This document shows, in pieces, positions 1 through 10,230 of a stretch of DNA of 32,000 bases (the first letter of the stretch is position 1; every line of letters begins with the position of its first letter). Source of the DNA: Pasteurella multocida (lineage in GTDB: Bacteria; Pseudomonadota; Gammaproteobacteria; Enterobacterales; Pasteurellaceae). A program made the position numbers and the translations under genes. Location: NCBI RefSeq assembly GCF_900187275.1, contig NZ_LT906458.1:1440001-1472000 (forward strand), read 5' to 3'. The notes beneath the pieces were generated by a model. That model did no database searches and was not told where the DNA came from. It saw only the letters and a program-made list of their open reading frames with translations.

Positions 1-693
1 TTAGCGAGTCATTTTCATCTCACTGGTGCAACAATTCGTAAAGATCTCACTGCGTTGGAAAAACAAAATAAAGTCTTAAGAACCTATGGTAGTGTCGTCG
101 TTACCCAAAAAGATCTTGAACAAGACCCGCCTATTGATTTTAAAACCAATGTCAACCTCAGCCAAAAACAACGAATTGGAAAAAAAGCCGCCACCCTCAT
201 CAACGAAGGAGATTCTATTATCTTTGATGCCGGCAGTACTGTCCTACAAATTATCCCCAATTTAACCACATTTGATAACTTGTCTATCATGACAAATAGC
301 TTAACGATCTTTAATGCTGTTCTACAACTCAATAAATCCTATAACTTATTAATGTCTGGCGGATCATTCCGTGAAAAATCAGCGTCGTTTCATGGTTATT
401 TTGCAGAATCTGTTTTCATTGGTTCAACTTTTGATACGTTATTTATTGGTACTGATGGTCTTGATCTTGACGTTGGATTAACGACGTTTAATGAAGTTTA
501 TCGCGTCAGTTCATTAATGTGTAACGCCGCCAAAAAAATCATTGTCCTTGCTGATTCAAGTAAATTTGGACGAAAAACGCCAAATATCGTCTGTGGCTTA
601 GAAAAAATCCATACTATTGTTACTGATGATAAGTTACCGACAGAAATGAAAGACAAACTCATCGAAAAAGGTATTGAGGTTTTAATTGTTTAG
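1..693 (+). CDS. DeoR-family transcriptional regulator, 5'-truncated by window start
   Basis: Reading frame is open from base 1 (LASHFHLTGATIRKDLTALEKQNKVLRTYGSVVV...), matching the DeoR helix-turn-helix end and the sugar-phosphate sensor domain (GDSIIFDAGSTV, LFIGTDGLD). The listed TTG start at 55 is internal. Confidence 0.88.
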   Translation, partial: LASHFHLTGATIRKDLTALEKQNKVLRTYGSVVVTQKDLEQDPPIDFKTNVNLSQKQRIGKKAATLINEGDSIIFDAGSTVLQIIPNLTTFDNLSIMTNSLTIFNAVLQLNKSYNLLMSGGSFREKSASFHGYFAESVFIGSTFDTLFIGTDGLDLDVGLTTFNEVYRVSSLMCNAAKKIIVLADSSKFGRKTPNIVCGLEKIHTIVTDDKLPTEMKDKLIEKGIEVLIV

Positions 694-940
694 TTTAGCT
701 TAGCTAAACCTTTATCACAGGCATGTGTGATAACACGCGTCTTACTCAAGACGTGCTCAAACATCTCACTTATGCAATAAAAAGTGGTATTTCATATACA
801 TGATAGAAAATACAGGATAAAAATACCCCTTCACGTAATAACACAGAGTCAGAAACCAAAAAGAACAATAAAAATAGCTTTTTATACTTATACCTTTCTA
901 AAAATCCTCCACAAAAACAAATTAAACACCAAAATTTTAT

Positions 941-968
941 TTGACAGCCTTATATTAATCGGTAATAT
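941..968 (+). promoter_or_regulatory. Candidate sigma70 promoter for the leu operon
   Basis: TTGACA (941-946), 16-bp spacer, TAATAT (963-968), upstream of leader peptide and attenuator. Confidence 0.6.
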
Positions 969-1007
969 GAAAACCGTTACAGTTTCAAAACAAGGATTTT
1001 TTTACTT

Positions 1008-1067
1008 ATGTTTACCATGTGTTCTTTATCTCTCAACCTTCTGCTCACACAGTCATTGTGCGGCTAG
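1008..1067 (+). CDS. leuL: Leu operon leader peptide MFTMCSLSLNLLLTQSLCG
   Basis: 19-aa ORF with 6 Leu codons (TTA, CTC, CTT, CTG, CTC, TTG), AAGGA at 992-996, followed by alternative RNA hairpins and a terminator before leuA. Confidence 0.8.
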   Translation: MFTMCSLSLNLLLTQSLCG

Positions 1068-1103
1068 GTTGTGGATAAAAAACAGTAAAATATCCCACAA
1101 ATT

Positions 1104-1134
1104 AGACCCGCACATGTAAGCGGGTCTTTTTTTT
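1104..1134 (+). terminator. Transcription attenuator terminator upstream of leuA
   Basis: AGACCCGC (1104-1111) / GCGGGTCT (1120-1127) stem followed by a T run. Confidence 0.82.
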
Positions 1135-1207
1135 ATGAAAACGAAAAAAGACGACTGTACTTAAATACTCGAAATAGCACAACACGAACAACAATAAGGA
1201 TCCTAAT

Positions 1208-2764
1208 ATGGCAGACAATATCATTATTTTTGACACCACATTACGTGATGGCGAACAGGCATTAAAAGCCAGCTTAACGGTAAAAGAAAAATTACAAATT
1301 GCCTTCGCCTTGGAACGTTTAGGCGTGGATGTCATGGAAGTGGGGTTCCCCATTTCGTCTGCTGGGGATTTTGAATCGGTGCAAACCATTGCCCGCCATA
1401 TTAAGAATAGCCGCGTTTGTGCTTTATCTCGCGCTGTGGATAAAGATATTGATGCTGCAGCAGAAGCGTTGAAAGTAGCGGAGGCATTCCGTATTCACAC
1501 GTTTATTGCCACGTCTGCTTTACATGTGGAAGCCAAATTACGTCGTACCTTTGAAGATGTGGTCGATATGGCGATCAATGCCGTGAAACGCGCGAGAAAC
1601 TACACCGATGATGTGGAGTTTTCTTGTGAAGATGCAGGGCGTACTGGTGTGGATAATATCTGCCGTATTGTAGAAGCCGCAATTAAAGCCGGTGCCACGA
1701 CTGTCAATATTCCCGATACTGTCGGCTACTGTTTGCCATATCAATACGGCGATATTATTGCGAATGTGATGAATCGTGTACCAAACATTGATAAAGCGAT
1801 TATTTCTGTGCATTGCCACAATGATTTAGGGATGGCAACTGCCAATTCATTAACAGCGGTTCAAAATGGCGCACGACAAATTGAATGTACTATTAACGGG
1901 ATCGGTGAACGTGCCGGTAATACCGCATTAGAAGAAGTAGTGATGGCAATTAAAACACGCCAAGATATGTTCAATGGTTTAGATACTCGCATTAACACAC
2001 AAGAAATTCACCGTGTCAGCCAAATGGTGAGCCAACTTTGTAATATGCCAATCCAACCGAATAAAGCGATTGTGGGATCCAATGCCTTTGCCCATTCTTC
2101 AGGTATCCACCAAGATGGTATGGTAAAACATAAAAATACGTATGAAATTATGTCGCCTGAAAGCATTGGCTTGAAAAAAGAAAAATTGAACTTAACCGCG
2201 CGTTCAGGTCGTGCCGCGGTGAAAAACCATATGAGCGAGATGGGCTACCAAGAAAGTGATTACGATTTAGATAAACTCTATGAAGCATTCTTGAAATTGG
2301 CGGACAAAAAAGGGCAAGTGTTCGACTATGATTTAGAAGCGCTTGCGTTTATTGATATGCAACAAGGCGATGAAGATCGCTTAACCTTAGACGTGATCAC
2401 TTCACAATGTATCAGCCACTTACCCGCATCTGCCTTTGTGCAAGTGGAATTAGACGGCAAAAAAATGAGCCAAGTGTCTAACGGTGGTAATGGACCTGTT
2501 GATGCGGTTTACAATGCGATTTTAGCGATCACCGGCTTAGAGATGAAAATGCTTAACTACAACTTGACGGCTAAAGGTGAAGGTGCCGAAGCTTTGGGGC
2601 AAGTAGATATTGTGGTGGAACATGAAGGCAGACGTTTCCACGGCGTGGGACTTGCGACTGACATTGTGGAATCCTCTGCCAGAGCCTTGATTCATGCGAT
2701 TAATGCCATTTACCGTTCGCAAAAAGTGGCAGATTTGAAATTACATAAAATTGCTGGCGTGTAA
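1208..2764 (+). CDS. leuA: 2-isopropylmalate synthase
   Basis: 518 aa; [41 protein letters not shown] motif, LeuA C-terminal regulatory domain. Confidence 0.97.
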   Translation: MADNIIIFDTTLRDGEQALKASLTVKEKLQIAFALERLGVDVMEVGFPISSAGDFESVQTIARHIKNSRVCALSRAVDKDIDAAAEALKVAEAFRIHTFIATSALHVEAKLRRTFEDVVDMAINAVKRARNYTDDVEFSCEDAGRTGVDNICRIVEAAIKAGATTVNIPDTVGYCLPYQYGDIIANVMNRVPNIDKAIISVHCHNDLGMATANSLTAVQNGARQIECTINGIGERAGNTALEEVVMAIKTRQDMFNGLDTRINTQEIHRVSQMVSQLCNMPIQPNKAIVGSNAFAHSSGIHQDGMVKHKNTYEIMSPESIGLKKEKLNLTARSGRAAVKNHMSEMGYQESDYDLDKLYEAFLKLADKKGQVFDYDLEALAFIDMQQGDEDRLTLDVITSQCISHLPASAFVQVELDGKKMSQVSNGGNGPVDAVYNAILAITGLEMKMLNYNLTAKGEGAEALGQVDIVVEHEGRRFHGVGLATDIVESSARALIHAINAIYRSQKVADLKLHKIAGV

Positions 2765-2852
2765 AAAAACGGATTCAAAACACACCGCACTTTAAACAGT
2801 CATGATGCCAACATGTGATAAGAAGAAATTCATCCAAGACAAACTTCATTAA

Positions 2853-3953
<1,101 letters not shown>

Positions 3954-3972
3954 AACTTTAAAAAAATTATAC

Positions 3973-4044
3973 GTAATCGTTCTTAACGATTACTATGGCT
4001 TCGCCACCGTTGGCAAAGCCAACGTTCAAAAACTAAAGTTTTTG
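3973..4044. repeat. Cluster of four consecutive small perfect inverted repeats
   Basis: GTAATCGTT-ctt-AACGATTAC (3973-3993); TGGC-ttc-GCCA (3996-4006); CGTTGGC-aaa-GCCAACG (4008-4024); CAAAAACT-aa-AGTTTTTG (4027-4044). Confidence 0.75.
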
Positions 4045-4076
4045 TCACCGCACTTTTTTATCAATATTAACATTGT

Positions 4077-4200
4077 CCCCGTGTAAACTGCCCGAGTGTA
4101 GTGGGGATTTTTAGGAAAATAACGTTGCGTAGCAAGGCGAAGACAACTTATTTTCCGTGAAAAAATCCACACGGAAATCGGATAAGCAGTTTAGTCGGGG
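4077..4200. repeat. Long imperfect inverted repeat / structured RNA or MITE-like element in the leuB-leuC intergenic region
   Basis: Nested complementary blocks: CCCCG/CGGGG (4077-4081/4196-4200), TAAACTGC/GCAGTTTA (4084-4091/4186-4193), CCGA/TCGG, GTGGGGATTTTT/AAAAAATCCACAC (one mismatch), GGAAAATAA/TTATTTTCC (4114-4122/4148-4156), GTTG/CAAC. Confidence 0.75.
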
Positions 4201-4291
4201 TGTGTTTTTTGCTCCTTTTTTGCACAAGCAAAAAGGAGAGAAAGGCTCAGAATAAAATAATTAAAGCTCAAACATCATTAGGAATAACACA

Positions 4292-5698
4292 ATGTCCAAA
4301 ACCCTATACGAAAAACTCTTCGACGCACATGTCGTCCACGAAGCCAATGGCGAAACGCCATTGATTTACATCAACCGCCATTTAGTGCATGAAGTGACCT
4401 CCCCACAAGCCTTTGATGGTTTGCGCGCCATGGGACGTTCCGTTCGTCAACCGAGTAAAACCGTTGCTACCATGGATCACAATGTCCCAACTGATAGTCG
4501 TGATCTAGCAGGCTCAGGCGAAATGGGACGAGTGCAAATGGTAGAGTTAGCCAAAAATACTGAACAATTTGGCATCACACTCTACGATATTAACCACATC
4601 AATCAAGGTATTGTGCATGTCATGGGACCAGAACAAGGTTTAACTCTACCGGGTATGACCATTGTCTGTGGCGACTCACATACCGCTACCCATGGCGCCT
4701 TTGGGGCATTAGCCTTTGGGATCGGCACCTCCGAAGTTGAGCATGTGCTTGCTACTCAAACCATTAAACAAGCACGCGCGAAAAAAATGAAAATTGAAGT
4801 GCGTGGCAAAGTACGTGACGGGATTAGCGCGAAAGATATCGTGTTAGCCATCATCGGTAAAACAACCATGGGCGGTGGCACAGGACACGTTGTGGAATTC
4901 TGTGGTGAAGCGATCCGCGATCTTTCCATGGAAGGACGCATGACCGTCTGTAATATGGCTATCGAGTTAGGTGCGAAATCCGGTATTATTGCACCCGATG
5001 AAACGACGTTTGCTTACTTAAAAGACAAACCTTACGCGCCGAAAGGCAAAGATTGGGACGAGGCTGTTGCCTATTGGCAAACATTGCATAGCGATGAAGC
5101 GGCTGAATTTGATACCGTTGTCACGCTAGAAGCCAGTGAAATCGAACCACAAGTGACTTGGGGTACCAACCCAGGACAAGTGATTGGTATTAATCAGCCG
5201 ATCCCAAATCCAGCGGAAATGTCAGATCCGATTGAGCGTCAATCTGCTGAAAAAGCCTTAGCCTACATGGATTTACCGCACAGCATTAAATTGACCGATG
5301 TCACCATTGATAAAGTCTTTATTGGTTCTTGCACAAACTCTCGTATTGAAGATTTGCGTGCAGCAGCAGCGATCGCCAAAGGACGCAAAGTGGCAGACGG
5401 CGTACAAGCCTTGGTCGTACCGGGTTCAGGTTTAGTGCGAGAACAAGCCGAGAAAGAAGGCTTAGATAAAATCTTTATTGAAGCCGGTTTTGAATGGCGT
5501 TTACCGGGTTGTTCTATGTGTTTAGCCATGAATAACGACCGCTTAGCCCCAGGTGAACGTTGCGCCTCCACCAGTAACCGTAACTTTGAGGGGCGTCAAG
5601 GTCGTGGTGGACGCACCCATTTAGTCAGTCCTGCGATGGCCGCCGCCGCTGCCGTTTATGGCAAATTTGTCGACATCCGTAACTTGGAATTACATTAA
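4292..5698 (+). CDS. leuC: 3-isopropylmalate dehydratase large subunit
   Basis: 468 aa; [55 protein letters not shown] Fe-S ligands. Confidence 0.97.
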   Translation: MSKTLYEKLFDAHVVHEANGETPLIYINRHLVHEVTSPQAFDGLRAMGRSVRQPSKTVATMDHNVPTDSRDLAGSGEMGRVQMVELAKNTEQFGITLYDINHINQGIVHVMGPEQGLTLPGMTIVCGDSHTATHGAFGALAFGIGTSEVEHVLATQTIKQARAKKMKIEVRGKVRDGISAKDIVLAIIGKTTMGGGTGHVVEFCGEAIRDLSMEGRMTVCNMAIELGAKSGIIAPDETTFAYLKDKPYAPKGKDWDEAVAYWQTLHSDEAAEFDTVVTLEASEIEPQVTWGTNPGQVIGINQPIPNPAEMSDPIERQSAEKALAYMDLPHSIKLTDVTIDKVFIGSCTNSRIEDLRAAAAIAKGRKVADGVQALVVPGSGLVREQAEKEGLDKIFIEAGFEWRLPGCSMCLAMNNDRLAPGERCASTSNRNFEGRQGRGGRTHLVSPAMAAAAAVYGKFVDIRNLELH

Positions 5699-5791
5699 CC
5701 ACATTCCCCTCTTAAACCCAGAGGGGAAAACAGAAAAACTGTTTTAAAACTAACCGCACTTTATTGATAATGCTCAGACAAAGCGCCCCTT

Positions 5792-5844
5792 CGATTTTGC
5801 CTGAGTGTAAGAAAATTTTCTTTAAACGAAGAAAAGCAAAATCG
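5792..5844. repeat. Two-part hairpin in leuC-leuD intergenic region
   Basis: CGATTTTGC (5792-5800)/GCAAAATCG (5836-5844) closing an inner TTTTCTT (5816-5822)/AAGAAAA (5829-5835). Confidence 0.6.
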
Positions 5845-5888
5845 CAGGTACGGTACATAACAGAATCAACATGTAAGAGAGAAATCAC

Positions 5889-6494
5889 ATGCCTAAAGAA
5901 TTTAAACAACACACGGGTATCGCCGTTCCCCTTGATGCCTCAAACGTGGATACCGATGCTATTATCCCAAAACAGTTCTTACAAAAAGTCACTCGTATTG
6001 GTTTTGGTCAACACTTATTCCATGAATGGCGCTTTTTAGATGATGAAGGAAAACAACCCAACCCAGACTTCGTGTTAAACTACCCACGTTATCAAGGTGC
6101 CAGTATTTTATTAGCCCGTGAGAATTTTGGTTGTGGTTCCTCTCGCGAACACGCGCCTTGGGCGCTCGATGATTATGGTATTCGTGTGATTATTGCACCC
6201 AGTTTTGCTGATATTTTTTATGGCAATAGCTTAAATAATCAGATGTTACCAATTCGCCTTAGCGATGAAGAAGTGGAAGAATTGTTCCAGTTTGTCAATG
6301 CTAACGAAGGTGCAACCATTACGGTGGATCTAGAAACACAAAAAGTCAGCGCGAATAACAAAGTCTATTCCTTTGAAATCGACCCTTTTCGTCGCCATTG
6401 TTTGTTAAATGGGTTAGACAATATCGGACTAACCTTGCAACATGAAGCAAAAATCGCAGAATACGAAAGCAACATCCCTGCTTTCTTACGCTAA
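5889..6494 (+). CDS. leuD: 3-isopropylmalate dehydratase small subunit
   Basis: 201 aa; [28 protein letters not shown]. Confidence 0.97.
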   Translation: MPKEFKQHTGIAVPLDASNVDTDAIIPKQFLQKVTRIGFGQHLFHEWRFLDDEGKQPNPDFVLNYPRYQGASILLARENFGCGSSREHAPWALDDYGIRVIIAPSFADIFYGNSLNNQMLPIRLSDEEVEELFQFVNANEGATITVDLETQKVSANNKVYSFEIDPFRRHCLLNGLDNIGLTLQHEAKIAEYESNIPAFLR

Positions 6495-6500
6495 ATATGT

Positions 6501-6535
6501 TCAAGAGATGAAACAATCATCTCTTGAGCTTTTTC
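6501..6535 (+). terminator. Rho-independent terminator after leuD
   Basis: TCAAGAGATG (6501-6510)/CATCTCTTGA (6518-6527) followed by gcTTTTT. Confidence 0.75.
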
Positions 6536-6818
6536 CCACCCATTCATATTATTTTTCCTTGTTATTTTATGTACAAAATAAATACCTAAAGGTTTTGCTA
6601 TTTTCAATAACCAGGAAGATGTTTTTTCACGTAAAAAACATGTCCTCTTCTCAATAAAAAGCAAAATAGACCAAAAAAACGAACATAATAGCACCATTTA
6701 TACAATGGATATGTTGTTGTATTTATTATGAATAAGCTATTTACTCTCTGTACAAAATTGTGTCAAAATAAAAATGGTTTTTAACATTTTTCGTAAAAAA
6801 TAATAATGAGAAAAATAT

Positions 6819-7268
6819 ATGCATAAGCGAGTAGTCGATTTTATTAAGAAACAATACTTATTTACTCTTGCCTGTACAGAAAATAATCTCCCTTGGGCAA
6901 ATGCCTTTTATTATGTTTTCGACGAAAAAGAAAATAGATTAATTTATATTACAGGTGATCAAACTCATCATGCGAAAGTGCTTCGCAATAACTCGCGTGT
7001 TGCAGGTACCATTTTTGTTCCCACAAAATTTGTCCCCTCTCTACAAGGTGTACAATTTACAGGTCGCTCGAGTCAATTATTTTCAACACAAGCAGAACAA
7101 GCCCGTGCTTTATATAAAACTGAATATTCACATCACTTAATTGATCAACTCACGGTTTGGCAAGTTGAACTGGAGTATGTTCGTTTAGTGGATAATTCAC
7201 TCGGCTTATTTAGTACGATAGAATGGCGTAAAGGGCAAGTAGCGGAAGAAACAGACCACTATGCCTAA
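6819..7268 (+). CDS. Pyridoxamine-5'-phosphate-oxidase-like (UPF0306/YhbP-type) protein
   Basis: 149 aa; NNLPWANAFYYVFDEKENRLIYITGDQTHHAKVLRNNSRVAGTIF resembles the split-barrel FMN-binding family. Confidence 0.7.
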   Translation: MHKRVVDFIKKQYLFTLACTENNLPWANAFYYVFDEKENRLIYITGDQTHHAKVLRNNSRVAGTIFVPTKFVPSLQGVQFTGRSSQLFSTQAEQARALYKTEYSHHLIDQLTVWQVELEYVRLVDNSLGLFSTIEWRKGQVAEETDHYA

Positions 7269-7287
7269 AACGTGCAATACAAATAGG

Positions 7288-7776
7288 TTAATGTAGCTGT
7301 AATTGGCGACGAATTTTGCGTAAAAGTAAAAAGACCCACGGCCATAACAGCCCGCTCGCCAATGCGCCATAACTTTCTTGCCAATTAAATGATGCGCTAT
7401 GCAAAAGTAATTCAATGAGAAAAATACTGAAGCGAATCGAGAAAACAAAGATAATGACCAACAAGCTTTGCATCCAGAGCGATAGATTACGTAGGACTAA
7501 ATGATTAAGCGCGACTAAATAGGTAAAAAGCGATAAGACTAACGCATGTACCCCTAAAATAGAACCAAGCACTAAGTCCCAAATCACCCCAAGCACAAAC
7601 GCCGATCCTATACTCACTTTATTTGGCAGCGCAAGTGTCCAATAGAGCAAAACCAGTACTAACCACGCCGGCTTAAAATTTTGGAAGTCCGTTGGCCAAG
7701 GGGCAATTTCCATCACTAACGCCACAATAAAAGTACAAATCAAAATTAGCCATTGTAGGATAAAACGCTTTTGCAT
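7288..7776 (-). CDS. mreD: Rod shape-determining protein MreD
   Basis: 162-aa polytopic membrane protein directly after mreC in the mreBCD order. Confidence 0.92.
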   Translation of the reverse strand: MQKRFILQWLILICTFIVALVMEIAPWPTDFQNFKPAWLVLVLLYWTLALPNKVSIGSAFVLGVIWDLVLGSILGVHALVLSLFTYLVALNHLVLRNLSLWMQSLLVIIFVFSIRFSIFLIELLLHSASFNWQESYGALASGLLWPWVFLLLRKIRRQLQLH

Positions 7777-8825
7777 TACGGTTCCTCTCTCGACGGTGAT
7801 TCTGTTACCGTCGGTAATGGATGATTTTCAGCAGGATTTTCCAATACTGGACTCGGCTCGTCTGCTTCCACAGGATTGTTGTCGTTTTCTTCTTTAACCA
7901 ACGTTTTTGTTACCTTACCTGCTTCTACGCCCTGATTTTCCAAACGTTGTTGTACAGTACGTCGAATATCTGCAGGTGAAATAGACTGGACTTTGCGCAT
8001 CTCTTCATTCGTCGGCCATAAAAGCAAAACATAGCGTAAACGTTCAATCGAAGCTAATGGCTTTGCTGTTACAGTAGCAAAATAATTTTGCCCATCACGT
8101 GATACGGATTCCACAATGGCAACAGGATAACCTTCTAAAAAACGCCCACCTAATCCAGAAGTGACTAATAAATCCCCTTTGACAATATCGACCGAACGCG
8201 GCACATGATCTAAACTCAGTTCATCATTCCGTCCTGTTCCACTAGCAATCAAACGGACATCATTACGTAGTACTTGTACTGGAATAGAATGAGTCACATC
8301 TGTCAATAGAAGAACGCGACTCGTATTTTCACCAACGGAGATAAGTTGCCCAACAATACCCTTTTCATCAATAATCGGCTGCCCGACATAAGCACCGTCA
8401 CGTTGTCCTTGGTTAATCACGACTTGCTTACGATACACATCAGTTTCTGCCGTTAAAACTTCAGCAATTTTTTTATACTCATCTGTACGTAGAGGGGAAT
8501 TAAGCAATAAGCGCAGGCGTTGATTTTCTACTTTGAGTTGATCTAACAACAATAAATCTGCATTTTTTTCACGCAGTTGATCACGCAAAACTCGGTTTTC
8601 AATTTGCAATTTATTGGTATCAACCAAATTATCTGAAACCCCATCCAATACCGTTCTCGGTGTATTGGCAAGATAATACAGCCCGCCTACTGCGGTTTCC
8701 ATAATACTGCGTGCTTTAATCATCGCATTGGATTGACCGTCCGAAACAATCAATGCAATGGATGCTAAAATCGCCAGAATTAAGCGAAGACCTAAAGGAG
8801 GTGCTTTTCCAAAAATAGGTTTCAT
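7776..8825 (-). CDS. mreC: Rod shape-determining protein MreC
   Basis: 349 aa; N-terminal TM, coiled coil, MreC core; acidic/Pro-rich tail. Confidence 0.95.
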   Translation of the reverse strand: MKPIFGKAPPLGLRLILAILASIALIVSDGQSNAMIKARSIMETAVGGLYYLANTPRTVLDGVSDNLVDTNKLQIENRVLRDQLREKNADLLLLDQLKVENQRLRLLLNSPLRTDEYKKIAEVLTAETDVYRKQVVINQGQRDGAYVGQPIIDEKGIVGQLISVGENTSRVLLLTDVTHSIPVQVLRNDVRLIASGTGRNDELSLDHVPRSVDIVKGDLLVTSGLGGRFLEGYPVAIVESVSRDGQNYFATVTAKPLASIERLRYVLLLWPTNEEMRKVQSISPADIRRTVQQRLENQGVEAGKVTKTLVKEENDNNPVEADEPSPVLENPAENHPLPTVTESPSREEP

Positions 8826-8867
8826 ATACGAATTAGGCTAGCCTTGTCAGCAATAAAAGAGAAGTAA

Positions 8868-8893
8868 AAGTGCGGTCTAATATCACCGCACTT
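8868..8893 (-). terminator. Inverted pair of uptake signal sequences forming a hairpin between mreB and mreC
   Basis: AAGTGCGGT (8868-8876) and ACCGCACTT (8885-8893), with flanking A/T extending the stem. Confidence 0.6.
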
Positions 8894-8903
8894 TTAAATC
8901 ATA

Positions 8904-9959
8904 TTAGATATCGTCACTAAAAATATCACCACCGTGCATATCGATCATCTCTAATGCCTCGCCACCACCACGGGCAACACAGGTTAAAGGATCATCGGCG
9001 ATGATAACCGGCACACCGGTTTCTTTTGACAGTAAAACATCAATATTACGAATAAGGGCACCGCCACCAGTTAAGACCATGCCACGTTCAAAAATATCCG
9101 CAGCATGTTCTGGTTGACACTCTTCCAAGGCCGTGCGCACTGCCGCAACAATGCCATTTAACGGGGCTTGAATAGCTTCTAACACATCACGTGAGGTGAG
9201 TTTGAAAGAACGCGGCGCACCTTCTGCTAAGTTATGACCATGCACTTCAATTTCACGGACTTCATCGCCTTCTTGAATAAACGCACTACCAATCTCTTGT
9301 TTGATACGCTCTGCTGTCGGTTCCCCAATAATTGAACCGAACGTCTTGCGTACATAAGAAATAATCGCCTCATCAAAACGATCACCACCAATGCGGACTG
9401 AAGAGGAATACACAATGCCATTTAAAGAAATCACCGCAACTTCCGTCGTACCACCACCGATATCGATCACCATCGAACCTGTGGCAGTCGAAACAGGTAA
9501 TTTAGCACCAATCGCTGCCGCCATCGGTTCCTCAATCAAGTACACCTCGCGTGCCCCAGCACCAATGGCAGATTCTTTGATTGCACGTCGTTCGACTTGC
9601 GTAGCTCCCGCAGGTACACAAACTAAGACACGTGGACTTGGACGCATAAAATTGCTGCTGTGCACTTGTTTAATAAAATATTGCAACATTTTTTCTGTCA
9701 CAAAGAAATCTGCGATCACCCCATCTTTCATAGGACGAATCGCTGCAATGCTTTTCGGTGTACGGCCTAACATTAATTTGGCATCACGACCAACCGCAGC
9801 AATGCTTTTTAATGCACCTGAACGTTCTTGGCGAATCGCCACAACAGAAGGTTCATCTAAAACAATCCCTTGTCCTTTGACATAAATTAAGGTATTCGCT
9901 GTGCCAAGATCGATGGACAGATCATTTGAAAATAAGCCTCGAATTTTTTTAAATAACAT
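8904..9959 (-). CDS. mreB: Rod shape-determining protein MreB
   Basis: 351 aa; [46 protein letters not shown]. Confidence 0.98.
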   Translation of the reverse strand: MLFKKIRGLFSNDLSIDLGTANTLIYVKGQGIVLDEPSVVAIRQERSGALKSIAAVGRDAKLMLGRTPKSIAAIRPMKDGVIADFFVTEKMLQYFIKQVHSSNFMRPSPRVLVCVPAGATQVERRAIKESAIGAGAREVYLIEEPMAAAIGAKLPVSTATGSMVIDIGGGTTEVAVISLNGIVYSSSVRIGGDRFDEAIISYVRKTFGSIIGEPTAERIKQEIGSAFIQEGDEVREIEVHGHNLAEGAPRSFKLTSRDVLEAIQAPLNGIVAAVRTALEECQPEHAADIFERGMVLTGGGALIRNIDVLLSKETGVPVIIADDPLTCVARGGGEALEMIDMHGGDIFSDDI

Positions 9960-10230
9960 AAGAATTCCGCTGAACTAAATTAAATAATGGACACTCTGAT
10001 TTGAGTATTGAAAAATTGTGCTAAATGTATCAAAAAATGTACCTTTATAACAGAGAATTTTCTGTAAATTGTCGAAATTTGCTTTGTCTTTACGCTTTCA
10101 TGCACGACAAATCCCGCGAGTACAGATTGTTTCAGTCACGAACAGGTTTTTTACTTGCTTTCAACAAATCAGAGTGTCAAACTTGAGGTCATTAAACGAA
10201 TGCGTATTTCCATTCTCAAAGGGAGTCATT

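Noticed and set aside
693-755. Small palindromes after the DeoR-family gene (GTTTAGCTTAGCTAAAC, TTATCACA..TGTGATAA)
   Set aside because: Probably terminator or ordinary intergenic palindromes. The half-site order does not match a CRP site (TGTGA-N6-TCACA), so no regulatory call made.
784-1119. 111-aa plus-strand ORF upstream of leuA
   Set aside because: It runs through the putative leu promoter, overlaps leuL in another frame and ends in the attenuator; composition is not protein-like.
10069-10230. 54-aa N-terminal extension of RNase R
   Set aside because: The ATG at 10231 has a good RBS and matches the usual RNase R start; extension is likely a fortuitous open frame.
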